Program-made: the position numbers and the translations under genes
Shown: piece after piece, positions 7,934 to 17,512 of the stretch
Layout: every line of letters begins with the position of its first letter
Numbering within the stretch: position 1 is the first letter of the stretch
The notes under the pieces: model-generated
Told to the model about the DNA's origin: nothing
Database searches by the model: none
The model's input: the letters and a program-made list of their open reading frames with translations, nothing else
IMG/VR virus record: IMGVR_UViG_3300025018_000106
Direction: 5' to 3' (one strand)
Length of the DNA stretch: 64,000 nt
DNA from: an uncultured virus (IMG/VR IMGVR_UViG_3300025018_000106)
Taxonomy: Duplodnaviria > Heunggongvirae > Uroviricota > Caudoviricetes

Positions 7934-8123
7934 CAAAATCAATCCTGGTATCACCGGCAACGCTTTTGGCGTTGTTATTAACATGACCACACATACCGTG
8001 ACGATTGCAGGCGAAGTCCTAATCGATGGTGATCCTAGATTGACAAGTCTGTTTCACAAAGCGTATGTCCTCGGTCGCGAACACAAAAAGATGGAGATAC
8101 GACAAGTATTGAATGTATCATGA
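7926..8123 (+). CDS. hypothetical protein
   Basis: Overlap-coupled ORF within the operon. Confidence 0.6.
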   Translation: MADKINPGITGNAFGVVINMTTHTVTIAGEVLIDGDPRLTSLFHKAYVLGREHKKMEIRQVLNVS

Positions 8124-8341
8124 ACGAACTAAACTCTGAGAGAATCATGAAAGATATCCAGAGATACATTGATGGTGGCGCCTCTTATATGGATGCCATT
8201 GTTGAATATGCAAACCGCGAAGGATTGGAAATCGAATTGCTGGGCGAGATTATTCGAAAGTCGCCCATTCTGAAATCCAAGATATATGATGAAGCAGAAC
8301 AACTCAAAATGGTTGAAAAGACAACGAGGTTACCTGTCTAA
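8120..8341 (+). CDS. gp33: late transcription coactivator gp33
   Basis: YMDAIVEYA...IE......SPILKSKI..EAEQL; directly before gp59. Confidence 0.85.
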   Translation: MNELNSERIMKDIQRYIDGGASYMDAIVEYANREGLEIELLGEIIRKSPILKSKIYDEAEQLKMVEKTTRLPV

Positions 8342-8931
8342 TGTATAGCACACGGGAAGCTTTCGAGCTCTATGTGTATTATCTGGCAGTCAAAAGACAT
8401 TTCACCAACGCCAAGTATGACTTTTTCAAGTACCAAGGCAAGGTGAACGCGAGTCGGCAGTCATTCGAGAACCGGCGTGACAAATACCAATTCTACAAAC
8501 TGTCTAAGATGAAACATGCGAAAGAGCTCATCTTGGCAAACTTGATTCAAAATCCATCGATGTGGATCGGTGACATGTTCACCGACGAAGCGAATCAAGT
8601 ATATCTGGATTGGCTCAAAAGGCAACAGTCTATCACATACCGGTTCAAGTCGGATATCAACCAGATGGACGACGACTTCGACTCAAACTTCATAGTGCAG
8701 AACGGTCAGTATCCACGCGTTCTGCAACTATACAACCGTGGCCAAATCAGTCTTGAAACCTTGGCCATTCTCACCGATCTTGTTCGGTGTCAAAAACACT
8801 GGGAGAAAAATATTTCCGACACTGTGCTATTCCCTGATATAAATAGAACGTTAAGCAAAGTCAAGCCATTCCTAACATACGACAAGGAAAAACTAAGGCA
8901 AATTCTGCTTGACAGATACACCGCCGCGTGA
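8341..8931 (+). CDS. gp59: helicase loader gp59
   Basis: YLAVKRHFT..YDFFKYQGK, F..RRDKYQFYKLSK, ISLETL.IL. Confidence 0.92.
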   Translation: MYSTREAFELYVYYLAVKRHFTNAKYDFFKYQGKVNASRQSFENRRDKYQFYKLSKMKHAKELILANLIQNPSMWIGDMFTDEANQVYLDWLKRQQSITYRFKSDINQMDDDFDSNFIVQNGQYPRVLQLYNRGQISLETLAILTDLVRCQKHWEKNISDTVLFPDINRTLSKVKPFLTYDKEKLRQILLDRYTAA

Positions 8932-8937
8932 TATATT
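8909..8937 (+). promoter_or_regulatory. sigma70-type promoter for gene 32
   Basis: TTGACA, 17 bp, TATATT with extended TG. A late TATAAATA also lies at 8838-8845. Confidence 0.7.
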
Positions 8938-8992
8938 CCACGCTTATACACCGCGATACGTCGCACATACTACGCATATAAGGAGAACAAAT

Positions 8993-9931
8993 ATGCCTAC
9001 ATCTTTTTCCGCTCTCAAAAAGAACCGCAGCACCTCTTTCAACAAGCTGAACGAACAGCTCCAGAAAATGAACAGTGGTGGCTACGAGAAAGACGACGAC
9101 AAGTATTGGAAACTGACCGTCGATAAAGCAGGTAACGGTTATGCCGTGATCCGATTCCTGCCTGCGCCAGAAGGCGAAGATTTGCCATTTGTTCAGCTGT
9201 GGGACCACGGTTTCCAAGGCCCGGGCGGTTGGTATATCGAAAACTCCCTTACGACAATTGGTAAAGACGACCCTGTGTCGGAATTCAACTCGCAACTGTG
9301 GAACAACGGCACAGATGCGGGCAAAGAACAGGCGCGCAAGCAGAAGCGCCGTCTGAATTACTACGCCAACATCTATGTCGTGAAGGATTCTGCAAATCCT
9401 GAGAACGAAGGCAAGGTCTTCCTCTTCAAATTCGGCAAGAAAATCTTCGAAAAGCTGAACAGCGCGATGAACCCCGAATTCGAGGACGAACAGGCAGTCA
9501 ACCCGTTTGACTTCTGGGAAGGTGCGAACTTCAAACTCAAGGCACGAAACAACGAAGGCGGTTACCGTTCTTACGAACCATCGTCCTTCGACAACACGGG
9601 CGTTCTGACCAAACCGGACGGCACGCTAATGACCGATGAAGAACTCGAAGCAGTCTGGAAACAACAGCACTCGCTTCAAGAAATCATCGATCCTAAGAAC
9701 TTCAAGCCTTACGAAGAACTGAAAGCAAAGCTTTACAAGGTCCTTGGTCTTGATGGCGGCACACACGCACCCCAGACCAAAGCCGAGGACGATGATGAAC
9801 CGGCGATGGACTTCACTCCGAAATTCAAGGAGAAATCTTCTCCGAAGTTTGACGAGGAGCCATCGCCGGCATTTGACGAAGATGATGATGACAGTCTCGA
9901 ATTCTTCAAGAGCCTCGCAGACGACGACTAA
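8993..9931 (+). CDS. gp32: single-stranded DNA-binding protein gp32
   Basis: DKAGNGYAVIRFLPAP, HGFQGPGGWYIENSLTT, NPFDFWEGANFKLK and an acidic tail; AAGGAG RBS. Confidence 0.95.
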   Translation: MPTSFSALKKNRSTSFNKLNEQLQKMNSGGYEKDDDKYWKLTVDKAGNGYAVIRFLPAPEGEDLPFVQLWDHGFQGPGGWYIENSLTTIGKDDPVSEFNSQLWNNGTDAGKEQARKQKRRLNYYANIYVVKDSANPENEGKVFLFKFGKKIFEKLNSAMNPEFEDEQAVNPFDFWEGANFKLKARNNEGGYRSYEPSSFDNTGVLTKPDGTLMTDEELEAVWKQQHSLQEIIDPKNFKPYEELKAKLYKVLGLDGGTHAPQTKAEDDDEPAMDFTPKFKEKSSPKFDEEPSPAFDEDDDDSLEFFKSLADDD

Positions 9932-9935
9932 GACA

Positions 9936-9966
9936 AAAGAAAGGGCGCTCTCGGGCGCCCTTTTCG
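9936..9966. terminator. bidirectional intrinsic terminator between convergent operons
   Basis: GAAAGGGCGC-TCTCGG-GCGCCCTTTTC flanked by A/T runs. Confidence 0.85.
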
Positions 9967-9967
9967 T

Positions 9968-11722
9968 TTACTGTGCTCCGACAAACGCGGGATCAAGAAC
10001 CCTTGACGGTGAGACGGTGGTGTTGTAACTGTTGTTTGTGACGTTCGTTCGAGCATCGGTGTAGTTGCCACTGTTCTGCATGTTCTGCAAAACCTCTTGC
10101 GTTCTGCGGTCAAGCTCGGCCGCTCTATCGTTGATCGCTTGAAGTCTTGTATCTCGCTCTGCTTCAATCTCTGCGATGCGTCTTTGTAGGTCGCCTGGTC
10201 TAGCGTTTACCGCGTCACGCGCTTCCTGTAAATCGGCGTCACTTACCAACCAGTCGGGTAGAAGCTCTAGTGCGTAAAGACGTATGCGATCTGGCATACC
10301 GCCAAACCAGTCCGAGAAACGGGCGAATCCGATCTGCAATCGAGCGCTCAGGTTTTCCCACATTTCTTCTGCAAAAAGTTGAATGCGTTCTGGTATAGAG
10401 GCAACGTAGTCGACCAGTCCGCCGAACTTCTCACCGATGAATTCACCGACGTTTGCAAACTGGCCTTGGACCCAGGTGATTGCTTGGTTGAATACGTTTG
10501 TGATGAAATCTTGCAAGCGGAAAGGTTCTTCTGGGTCGGTCCAACCAAACATACCAGACACGAAATTGATTGCCATGTTGATAGGCGCGTATATAATGTC
10601 TGTGAGGTTGCCAATGGCACCTAGCAACGTTCGATCTTCCTCACCAAACGAGAATAGATCACGAATGACGTTCACAGCTCCTCGTAGACCATCAAAGACA
10701 GAACCGAACACCTGGTTAGCCAGAGCTTCGAAACTGAAATTCGAGATAACAGAAGCCGTTTCATCGAACCCCATGCGTTCCAGAATCCAGGCAACACCAG
10801 AACGAAGTAGGTCTAGTGGCGCGCTAATCAGAGAGTTGAACAGACCTGCCGCGGCGCCTTCCAACGCGCCCCAGATACCGCCCTCTGCATATCCTGCGAT
10901 AGCGCCTTGAACGGTTTCGATTGCACCAACGATGATGGTCAGAGGCAAGAATATACGAGATACAAGACGCGACACACGACTAAAGACAGAGCCTAGACGC
11001 GAAAAGTAACCTCGGATGGTCGAAAGGGTGTCTTGGAAAAGGCTGAGAGGTCCGCTCAGAATACCGGCCAATAGCGTGCCTCCCGCACGGAAACCGTCAA
11101 CGAACGTGTCTAAGGTTGCTCGGAAGCCTGCGATCACACGGCCGATTGGACTGTCATCCGCAAAAGAGAACATCGCTGACAATCTTGCGAAGCCGCTTGT
11201 AATCGAATTTCTGAGACCGTCGGTTGCCGTTTCAAAGAAAGTCGTGATACCTGAGAACCGAGACGAAATGCTTGCGCCTATGTTGCTGAGAAAGGCAGGT
11301 CTTGGTATGATACGGAGAATACCAGTAACGGTCTTTGTGAACACGTCAGCCGTGGCGCGAATAGCGCCTGAGATACCGCCTGCTGCGGCTGCGATAGAGG
11401 CAGACAACAGACCAAGACCCAGAAAGTCCAGAACGCTTTGTCCGTCTGTTGGACGAACCTGCTCTGTCTGATCTTCTGGAACGGTCTGTTCCGGCTTCTT
11501 GTCTGTGTCGGGCGCCTTGAGACGATCCGAACGCGCAGCGTCAAGCAGAGCTTCTTTCTGCATTTCCACCAAGGATTCGAGAAACGCAGTTTGCTCGGTC
11601 AATTGCTTCTCAATAGAGAAGGACACTTCTTTCAACGCTTTGATAGAATTCGTGCCCGAGTTTCGGATCAATTGACCCTCGGCTCGAATGCGATCTATCA
11701 GACCTTTGAAACCCTCTTCCAT
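9968..11722 (-). CDS. tail tape-measure/baseplate hub protein (gp29-like)
   Basis: 584 aa of amphipathic helical sequence rich in G/A/F/I; follows gp26/gp51; size similar to T4 gp29. Confidence 0.7.
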   Translation of the reverse strand: MEEGFKGLIDRIRAEGQLIRNSGTNSIKALKEVSFSIEKQLTEQTAFLESLVEMQKEALLDAARSDRLKAPDTDKKPEQTVPEDQTEQVRPTDGQSVLDFLGLGLLSASIAAAAGGISGAIRATADVFTKTVTGILRIIPRPAFLSNIGASISSRFSGITTFFETATDGLRNSITSGFARLSAMFSFADDSPIGRVIAGFRATLDTFVDGFRAGGTLLAGILSGPLSLFQDTLSTIRGYFSRLGSVFSRVSRLVSRIFLPLTIIVGAIETVQGAIAGYAEGGIWGALEGAAAGLFNSLISAPLDLLRSGVAWILERMGFDETASVISNFSFEALANQVFGSVFDGLRGAVNVIRDLFSFGEEDRTLLGAIGNLTDIIYAPINMAINFVSGMFGWTDPEEPFRLQDFITNVFNQAITWVQGQFANVGEFIGEKFGGLVDYVASIPERIQLFAEEMWENLSARLQIGFARFSDWFGGMPDRIRLYALELLPDWLVSDADLQEARDAVNARPGDLQRRIAEIEAERDTRLQAINDRAAELDRRTQEVLQNMQNSGNYTDARTNVTNNSYNTTVSPSRVLDPAFVGAQ

Positions 11723-11883
11723 TATTTGTCCTTTTGTGATTCGATGAAATCAACGAGCATGGCAAAGTAGATATCTCTTTCGTATGGAATCAGATTCTCA
11801 ATTTCACTTATCTGATATTTATGATGTTGAGCCAATGCGAATACAGTCTTGTAATAGACTCCGAGTGTCGTATGACTCAACAC
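11722..11883 (-). CDS. gp51: baseplate hub assembly catalyst gp51-like (absent from the ORF track)
   Basis: My translation: VLSHTTLGVYYKTVFALAQHHKYQISEIENLIPYERDIYFAMLVDFIESQKDK*, with the YY...F.L.QHHKY...EIEN.IP.ERDIY motif. Confidence 0.85.
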   Translation of the reverse strand: MLSHTTLGVYYKTVFALAQHHKYQISEIENLIPYERDIYFAMLVDFIESQKDK

Positions 11884-12602
11884 TAGATAAAAAAAGTTTC
11901 GGTGCCTGCTGCAACGAAAGTCTTTTCCTTGCCCTCTTTGTTGGTGTATTTCTTTTCGAAACGCATGACAGGCATGGTGTCAAAGAACGTTCGAATCTTC
12001 TGAAGCACTTCACTGTTCAATGAGTCAACAAAGTCTGACACTTCGGCGTCGGTGAAATCTGACAGTTTATAGACTTCTTCGCCGTCAACGACCATATCGA
12101 TACAACCGACCATAACGTCAAGCATACGACCCGACTTGGCTTGTTCACTCTGGTCTTTTTCGACAGCAGCGACGATATCTTTGACGACCTCAAGCGAAGG
12201 ATATTTCATCTTCAACTTGATCGTGTCTGTCACGTCAATGATCTTGTTATGCTTCGGGTCTTTTCGAATTTCAATCTCATGGATATCAACCGAAAGGTCG
12301 ACCTTTTCATTCGTGTCTGGATCGGTGATACTGAATTCAACGATGTTGTTCACCGCCTTAGCGCGGATGTTCAACAGGATGTATTCCATGTCAAACATCG
12401 CAAGGCGATCAACATCGTAGTCGAAAAGACAATTGCCGACAATTTGCTTGATGGCGAGAATGATCTGGTCAATGTCTTTCGACTCTTGTGCGATCAAGAG
12501 AATCTTTTCTTCTTTGACTGTGAACGGGCGATACTTGATTTTATCGCCCGTTGATGGTACCGTCAATTCAAATAGGGGTTGTGATAGTTTTGGCAAAGGC
12601 AT
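11883..12602 (-). CDS. gp26: baseplate hub assembly protein gp26
   Basis: MPLPK...LTVPSTG..IKYRPFTVKEEKILLIA, FDMEYILLNIRAKAV, KMKYP, FFDTMP. Confidence 0.9.
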   Translation of the reverse strand: MPLPKLSQPLFELTVPSTGDKIKYRPFTVKEEKILLIAQESKDIDQIILAIKQIVGNCLFDYDVDRLAMFDMEYILLNIRAKAVNNIVEFSITDPDTNEKVDLSVDIHEIEIRKDPKHNKIIDVTDTIKLKMKYPSLEVVKDIVAAVEKDQSEQAKSGRMLDVMVGCIDMVVDGEEVYKLSDFTDAEVSDFVDSLNSEVLQKIRTFFDTMPVMRFEKKYTNKEGKEKTFVAAGTETFFI

Positions 12603-12609
12603 GATATAT

Positions 12610-12885
12610 TCACTCCTGTTGTTTCTTGGACGACCAAACCTCCGCGCCCATATATGTTGCAATGATGCCGCCCAGTGTGATCCAATACAGATCAAGAACG
12701 CCACCAAGCGCTTCTACTTTTTCTGATTCCGTTACGCCGATGATCCAACCGCCGCTCACAACGAGAGCGAGCATGGCCAGAATGGCAAGTTTTCTGTGCG
12801 TCGAAACGCGTCTTTTCACAATCTCTACTTCATCTTCTTCCACAACGCCGTCTCTATCTAGATCAATGTCAAGTGGATCGGACAT
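12610..12885 (-). CDS. small 2-TM membrane protein (holin candidate)
   Basis: Acidic DIDLDRDGVVEEDE N-terminus, two TM helices, basic tail. Confidence 0.55.
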   Translation of the reverse strand: MSDPLDIDLDRDGVVEEDEVEIVKRRVSTHRKLAILAMLALVVSGGWIIGVTESEKVEALGGVLDLYWITLGGIIATYMGAEVWSSKKQQE

Positions 12886-12901
12886 TTCTTTTTCCTTATT
12901 G

Positions 12902-13657
12902 TTATCTGAATGAGCCTAGAATCGTATTGACATCCGTATAAAGATTTACTGCATCCTGAATGCTCTGGGGCAGCTCCAATCCATTCACTGCTTGCCCAAA
13001 TGTATTTAGAGAGGAAAGATACGAAAGCACGCCATTGCCTCGGTTTGAAAGACTGGTCGCAACACCTTGTAGTGTGCCATCGACCTTCAATTCATCATAC
13101 GAGAATGTGACAGGCAACGTCATAATCTCTGCTTGATTTCCCCATGCGGTTGTGATATTGCCTAGTGCCACAGGAAAAGCATTGCCAAACTTGTATGTGT
13201 AGAACGAATCGTTTTGGTTGCTCGAATACACCAGAACCTCGACCGTGCCTGCATAGTCGTCTTTGTAACCAATTTCATACGGCAACAGACCATTCGGCAA
13301 TTCGTTGACATAACCTTGTTCCACATCATAGTGAACAATCTCTTGCATCCAACGGTGAAAGAACTTCTTGACCGCGAAATTACTATCAACCATGAACACG
13401 GTCGGCAGATACGAATATTCGAGACCGATTGGTCGCGTCGAACCTGGTCCGAAACCACGGTGTTTGACCTTCATCGTCTCTAGAGCGAACTCAGGAATAT
13501 CAACCGACCGGCACAGAAATGTGAGGTCGCGGGTCGGAATCTCCTCATTGAGGAAATTGGCCGACGCGGGCAGCGTGATACGAACCGCAAAGAGGTTGTC
13601 CTTTGCGAGACCACGACGGTTGATTTGCGCGCTAAACTCTGATAGATTGAACGCCAT
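12902..13657 (-). CDS. gp54: baseplate tail-tube initiator gp54-like (tube fold)
   Basis: GLAKDNLFAV, LCRSVDIP, FFHRWMQEI, YKDDYAG, AFPVALG, LPVTFSY. Confidence 0.8.
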   Translation of the reverse strand: MAFNLSEFSAQINRRGLAKDNLFAVRITLPASANFLNEEIPTRDLTFLCRSVDIPEFALETMKVKHRGFGPGSTRPIGLEYSYLPTVFMVDSNFAVKKFFHRWMQEIVHYDVEQGYVNELPNGLLPYEIGYKDDYAGTVEVLVYSSNQNDSFYTYKFGNAFPVALGNITTAWGNQAEIMTLPVTFSYDELKVDGTLQGVATSLSNRGNGVLSYLSSLNTFGQAVNGLELPQSIQDAVNLYTDVNTILGSFR

Positions 13658-13660
13658 GAC

Positions 13661-14254
13661 TTACCCCTGAATGAGTTTCTTTGAGTCTGCCCAGACCTTC
13701 GACTTGGACGCCTTCTGGAATCTTTCGAGAGGTAGAAAGAGCGCAATGTCCCACTCACTCGGATAGATGTAGAGAAAACGACTGCGAACCTGGCCCGTCA
13801 GATAGTGTTTGACACAAGGCTTGAAACCTTCGAAACGACTTGCGCTCGACAGAACCTTGTAACTGATATTCAACTTTGTTGATTCGTCATAACGATTGTT
13901 GCTTGAAATGTCATACAACGCGTCCATCAACTTGGCGCGGTGTGCGAGAGGCAGATAGTGCAGGTTGATACCGAGAAATCCACCCTTGACCTTGCGAAAC
14001 GGAAAGATCAACGGAAAACGGTCCCAGTAAGGCAGAGTGTCTTTGTGCTTCGCGTCATAGTAAAACATATACATCGAACCGACCTGAGGCTGCGCCGTCA
14101 GTCTTTCCTTATCGCCTTTCATAAGTGTGCGTTCGTTGATGCGACCCCATGACTTGGCGGTGTCACGATACCACTCGCGCGCCGTGCGCTCCCGCGCGGG
14201 GATTTGGCCGCCTCGGACGCCCTTGGTGAGAATTTCATCGAACAGTGTTGCCAT
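13661..14254 (-). CDS. gp2: DNA end protector gp2
   Basis: MYMFYYDAKHKDTLPYWDRFPLIFP, GINLHYLP, CVKHYL, EWDIALFLP. Confidence 0.92.
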   Translation of the reverse strand: MATLFDEILTKGVRGGQIPARERTAREWYRDTAKSWGRINERTLMKGDKERLTAQPQVGSMYMFYYDAKHKDTLPYWDRFPLIFPFRKVKGGFLGINLHYLPLAHRAKLMDALYDISSNNRYDESTKLNISYKVLSSASRFEGFKPCVKHYLTGQVRSRFLYIYPSEWDIALFLPLERFQKASKSKVWADSKKLIQG

Positions 14255-14715
14255 TATTTGATTCCTAGATGATCCTCTGTCATGATCTGGAAAGTCCAAC
14301 CGCGATCTTTACAGAACTCGCGAGCTGCTTTCCATTTCGCTTCGTTGACGCCCCATGTCTGAACCTCGCGTAGATACCGAGGTGACCTTCGACCTGTCTT
14401 GGTCTTTGCGTTCTTTGGGTCAGGCGGCACAGTCTGCGACTTTGGTTTGACCTCTATGACAATGGTTTCCTTCTTGCCTTCTTTGTTTATCTGTTTCACA
14501 ACGAAATCGGTGAAATACCGATGTATCTTACCGTCAATCGGGCTACGATACGGTATCACCAACTCCTCACTACCCCATTGCAACACCTTTGGGTGATCGT
14601 CCAGGTATCGCATAAGACGCAATTCCCATCTTGAGCGGTAGATAATGTTGGTCGGGTCGCCCATGTATTTCTTTGGATTCTTCGGTTTGAACCGTCCTTG
14701 GTAATACTTGTGCAT
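14254..14715 (-). CDS. gp4: head completion nuclease gp4
   Basis: YQGRFKPKNPKKYMGDPTNIIYRSRWE, HRYFTDF, IEVKP, NEAKWKAA. Confidence 0.93.
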   Translation of the reverse strand: MHKYYQGRFKPKNPKKYMGDPTNIIYRSRWELRLMRYLDDHPKVLQWGSEELVIPYRSPIDGKIHRYFTDFVVKQINKEGKKETIVIEVKPKSQTVPPDPKNAKTKTGRRSPRYLREVQTWGVNEAKWKAAREFCKDRGWTFQIMTEDHLGIK

Positions 14716-14727
14716 CCTTTCCTCGCG

Positions 14728-14755
14728 TATAAATAGCCACACAGGACTATTTATA
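14728..14755. promoter_or_regulatory. face-to-face T4 late promoters driving divergent operons
   Basis: TATAAATA (+, 14728-14735) and TATTTATA (-, 14748-14755) between gp4 and gp48. Confidence 0.85.
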
Positions 14756-14766
14756 GGGAAATCCGA

Positions 14767-15591
14767 ATGACTGTTGAAAGAGATATGGCGTTGAACCGAA
14801 ATCGGTTCTCGGTAAGTCAATACAGCTATCCATCTACGCCTGCGGCACACAACATCGTGCTTGCCTTTCAGGAATACTCATACGCCGTTTCACAAGGCGG
14901 CCCGATTCGTCCGAGCAGCGATGTTACGGGCGCTGTTGTGTTGCCTCTACCTACCAACTTGCAGGACTCTTACAGCGTGAAGATCGGACCCGACGAACCC
15001 GGTCTTACGGGTTCTTTCGCAGCAGACGCTATTGCAGGCGCAGGCGGATTGGCCGGTGCATTCTCTGATTCGTTCGCTGATCTTGCAGGCATGGAACAAA
15101 ACGCGTTGTCTACCGCAGGCCAGTTTGCTAAATTCGCGGTCCGCCAGTCACTAGACACTCTGGGCATAGGCGGCGGTGCAATTGACGTTGCGACAGGCAG
15201 CGCTGTGAACCCTCACGTCGCGCTGCGTTTCGATGGTGTTGACCTAAAGAACCACTCATTCAACTGGATTCTGTCTCCGAAAAACGAGGACGAAGCGCAA
15301 CGCATTCGCGATATCATCCGTTACATCAAACAACAGATGGCACCGAGTTTCACTCTGGGTGGTGGATCCGCTGTAGGTAGAAGCCTATTGAATTATCCAA
15401 GTCTTGTCAATATCTCATTCGTAGGAGTCAATCAAGACTACTTCTACTATTTCAAACCGGCGATGATTAACTCATTCACCGCCAATTACGCGCCGAACGG
15501 CGTTGCATTGAATAAAGGCGGTCGTCCTGCGGTCGTCAATATCAACATGTCTGTTACCGAAGCGCGTATCTGGACGAGAGAGGACTTCTAA
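14767..15591 (+). CDS. gp48: baseplate tail-tube cap gp48
   Basis: VLPLPTNLQDSY, AVNPH..L.FDGVDLKNHSFNW.LSPKNEDEA..I..II, EARIWTREDF. Confidence 0.85.
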   Translation: MTVERDMALNRNRFSVSQYSYPSTPAAHNIVLAFQEYSYAVSQGGPIRPSSDVTGAVVLPLPTNLQDSYSVKIGPDEPGLTGSFAADAIAGAGGLAGAFSDSFADLAGMEQNALSTAGQFAKFAVRQSLDTLGIGGGAIDVATGSAVNPHVALRFDGVDLKNHSFNWILSPKNEDEAQRIRDIIRYIKQQMAPSFTLGGGSAVGRSLLNYPSLVNISFVGVNQDYFYYFKPAMINSFTANYAPNGVALNKGGRPAVVNINMSVTEARIWTREDF

Positions 15592-16148
15592 TGCCGAAAT
15601 ACTTTCGTTACTTTCCAGAAGTCAAATACAACGGCAAGGTATTGACGAATATCACCAGACGTGTTCGTTTCACAGATACCATTGCGACGAACCCATATGT
15701 CTTTTTGCCATACACGGTAAAGAACGATGAAAAACCCGAGGATGTGGCATTCTATTACTACGGGTCAGTCGATTACGTTTGGTTGATTTACCTTTCAAAC
15801 AACATCATTGACCCGTATTACGACTGGCCGATGAACCAGAAGAACTTCGACAATTACATCATTGACAACTACGCGACACAAGCGAATACAACAGGTCGTG
15901 CTGTTTTGGATTGGTCTATGAATACCGAAATCACCGACAACATCCTCTATTACGAGAATAGCGAAGGCGATAGAGTATCACCTGAAACACCTGACCTTGA
16001 TCCGAATTTTGTGGCCGCAGACTGGCGTGCTATTCGTGTCTGGGACTACGAATTTGAACGAAATGAAGATCGTCGCAATATTCTGGTCGTTGACAAGAAA
16101 TACGCGCGGCAAATGGACAAAGAATTGAAAGAGATAATGGACGTGTAA
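15591..16148 (+). CDS. gp53: baseplate wedge protein gp53
   Basis: YFRYFP, YTVKNDEKPEDVAFYYYG, WLIYLSNNIIDPYYDWP, YEFERNE. Confidence 0.9.
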   Translation: MPKYFRYFPEVKYNGKVLTNITRRVRFTDTIATNPYVFLPYTVKNDEKPEDVAFYYYGSVDYVWLIYLSNNIIDPYYDWPMNQKNFDNYIIDNYATQANTTGRAVLDWSMNTEITDNILYYENSEGDRVSPETPDLDPNFVAADWRAIRVWDYEFERNEDRRNILVVDKKYARQMDKELKEIMDV

Positions 16149-17512
16149 TGACATATCAACCAGCAGGCACATACACACTAGAAAGATTTGAATTGCGGTC
16201 TTTGACGAATGACCGAGGACAAGGCATCGACCCGAGAAGTCGCGGCTTTGGTCAACAACGTGTCTATGACCTAAAGAACATGGTTCACACATTCAACATT
16301 CAAGAAAGTATGTTGAACGCGTCGGTTCGCGGCACCGCCGTGATTTACGACTCCGTTGGTGTGTTCTACAATATGCCTCTGGTCGGCCAAGAGATTCTGG
16401 AAATCGAATACACCGACACCAAGGGCGTCACTCACGCCGACAAGATGTTCGTCTACTCAATCTCTGATATCAAACCGTCAAAGTCTGGCGCAGACGACCT
16501 TATCGAATACAAATTGAACTTCGTATCGTTCGGAAAATTCTGGTCAGATCGATATGAAATCAAGCGTTGTATTGCTAACGGTTTTGGTGCTAATCGTCAA
16601 TACCTCCGTATAGATGAACAGGTTCAAATCCTATTTGACGACTATTACGCAAATGCCGGCGGTACCGAGAAACCAATCTATATCTCACCAACTCAAGGCG
16701 AACAAGCTATCGTTATCCCGGCATTGAAACCGGAAGATGCTATGCACCTGTTTTCTCGCAAATCGGCTTCTGATGGATTTGAAGGCCACCTATTCCGTTT
16801 CTGGGAGAACCGAAAGCAATATTTCTTCGCGGATTACGAAGATTGGTTTACGTCTGCTTCGAAAGAACTACAATACGATACGCAACTCTTTCTCTACAAT
16901 TCGGGTCCGGCAGACAATACTCCCGAAGGCGAATTGGCGAAACTACAGAACATCATTTCTATTGACTTTGGTGAAAGCATCAATACAATTGATGCGATGA
17001 ATAAAGGTGCTTACTACAGCAAATTCATCGAACTTGATCTATTGACCAGATCGACCTATTCGTATGATTATCAACACAAAGACGAATACCGTGACCGTGT
17101 TTATCCAGATGGCGAAGGCGGTGAAATCAAACTTGTTCATTCCGATCAATTCATTGACGAACACCTGAATAGATGGCATGAAGTCTATGGTATCAAAGAC
17201 TATGCGGATGCAGACATAAACGGTGCTTACGGATTGCGTTCTCATACATATTACGGAGATATCTACAATAACAAGAACGCTCTATTGTGGCACTACAATC
17301 AATCGAAGATCACTATTCGTATCTATGGCACAAACGAGATATTCGCCGGTTCGGTTATTACGATTGACGATTTGCCAGAATTTGTGGCAGGAGCGGTTCT
17401 TCAAGACGAAGAAAGAAATGGTCGTTATCTGGTCGAATCGGTCAATAACGAATTCATCGAAAACACATATTTGCAAACACTCACATTGGTAAAAGGTGGG
17501 CTAAGATCATGA
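16148..17512 (+). CDS. baseplate hub protein (gp27-like)
   Basis: Lies between gp53 and gp5; NIQES, PLVGQEILEI, FRFWEN, GRYLVESVNN. Confidence 0.65.
   Translation: MTYQPAGTYTLERFELRSLTNDRGQGIDPRSRGFGQQRVYDLKNMVHTFNIQESMLNASVRGTAVIYDSVGVFYNMPLVGQEILEIEYTDTKGVTHADKMFVYSISDIKPSKSGADDLIEYKLNFVSFGKFWSDRYEIKRCIANGFGANRQYLRIDEQVQILFDDYYANAGGTEKPIYISPTQGEQAIVIPALKPEDAMHLFSRKSASDGFEGHLFRFWENRKQYFFADYEDWFTSASKELQYDTQLFLYNSGPADNTPEGELAKLQNIISIDFGESINTIDAMNKGAYYSKFIELDLLTRSTYSYDYQHKDEYRDRVYPDGEGGEIKLVHSDQFIDEHLNRWHEVYGIKDYADADINGAYGLRSHTYYGDIYNNKNALLWHYNQSKITIRIYGTNEIFAGSVITIDDLPEFVAGAVLQDEERNGRYLVESVNNEFIENTYLQTLTLVKGGLRS

Noticed and set aside
8909..8992. N-terminal extensions given by the ORF track for gp32 (also gp26, gp2, gp4, pcyX)
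   Set aside because: They run through promoters or upstream genes; downstream ATGs with an RBS or stop-start coupling match the family N-termini.
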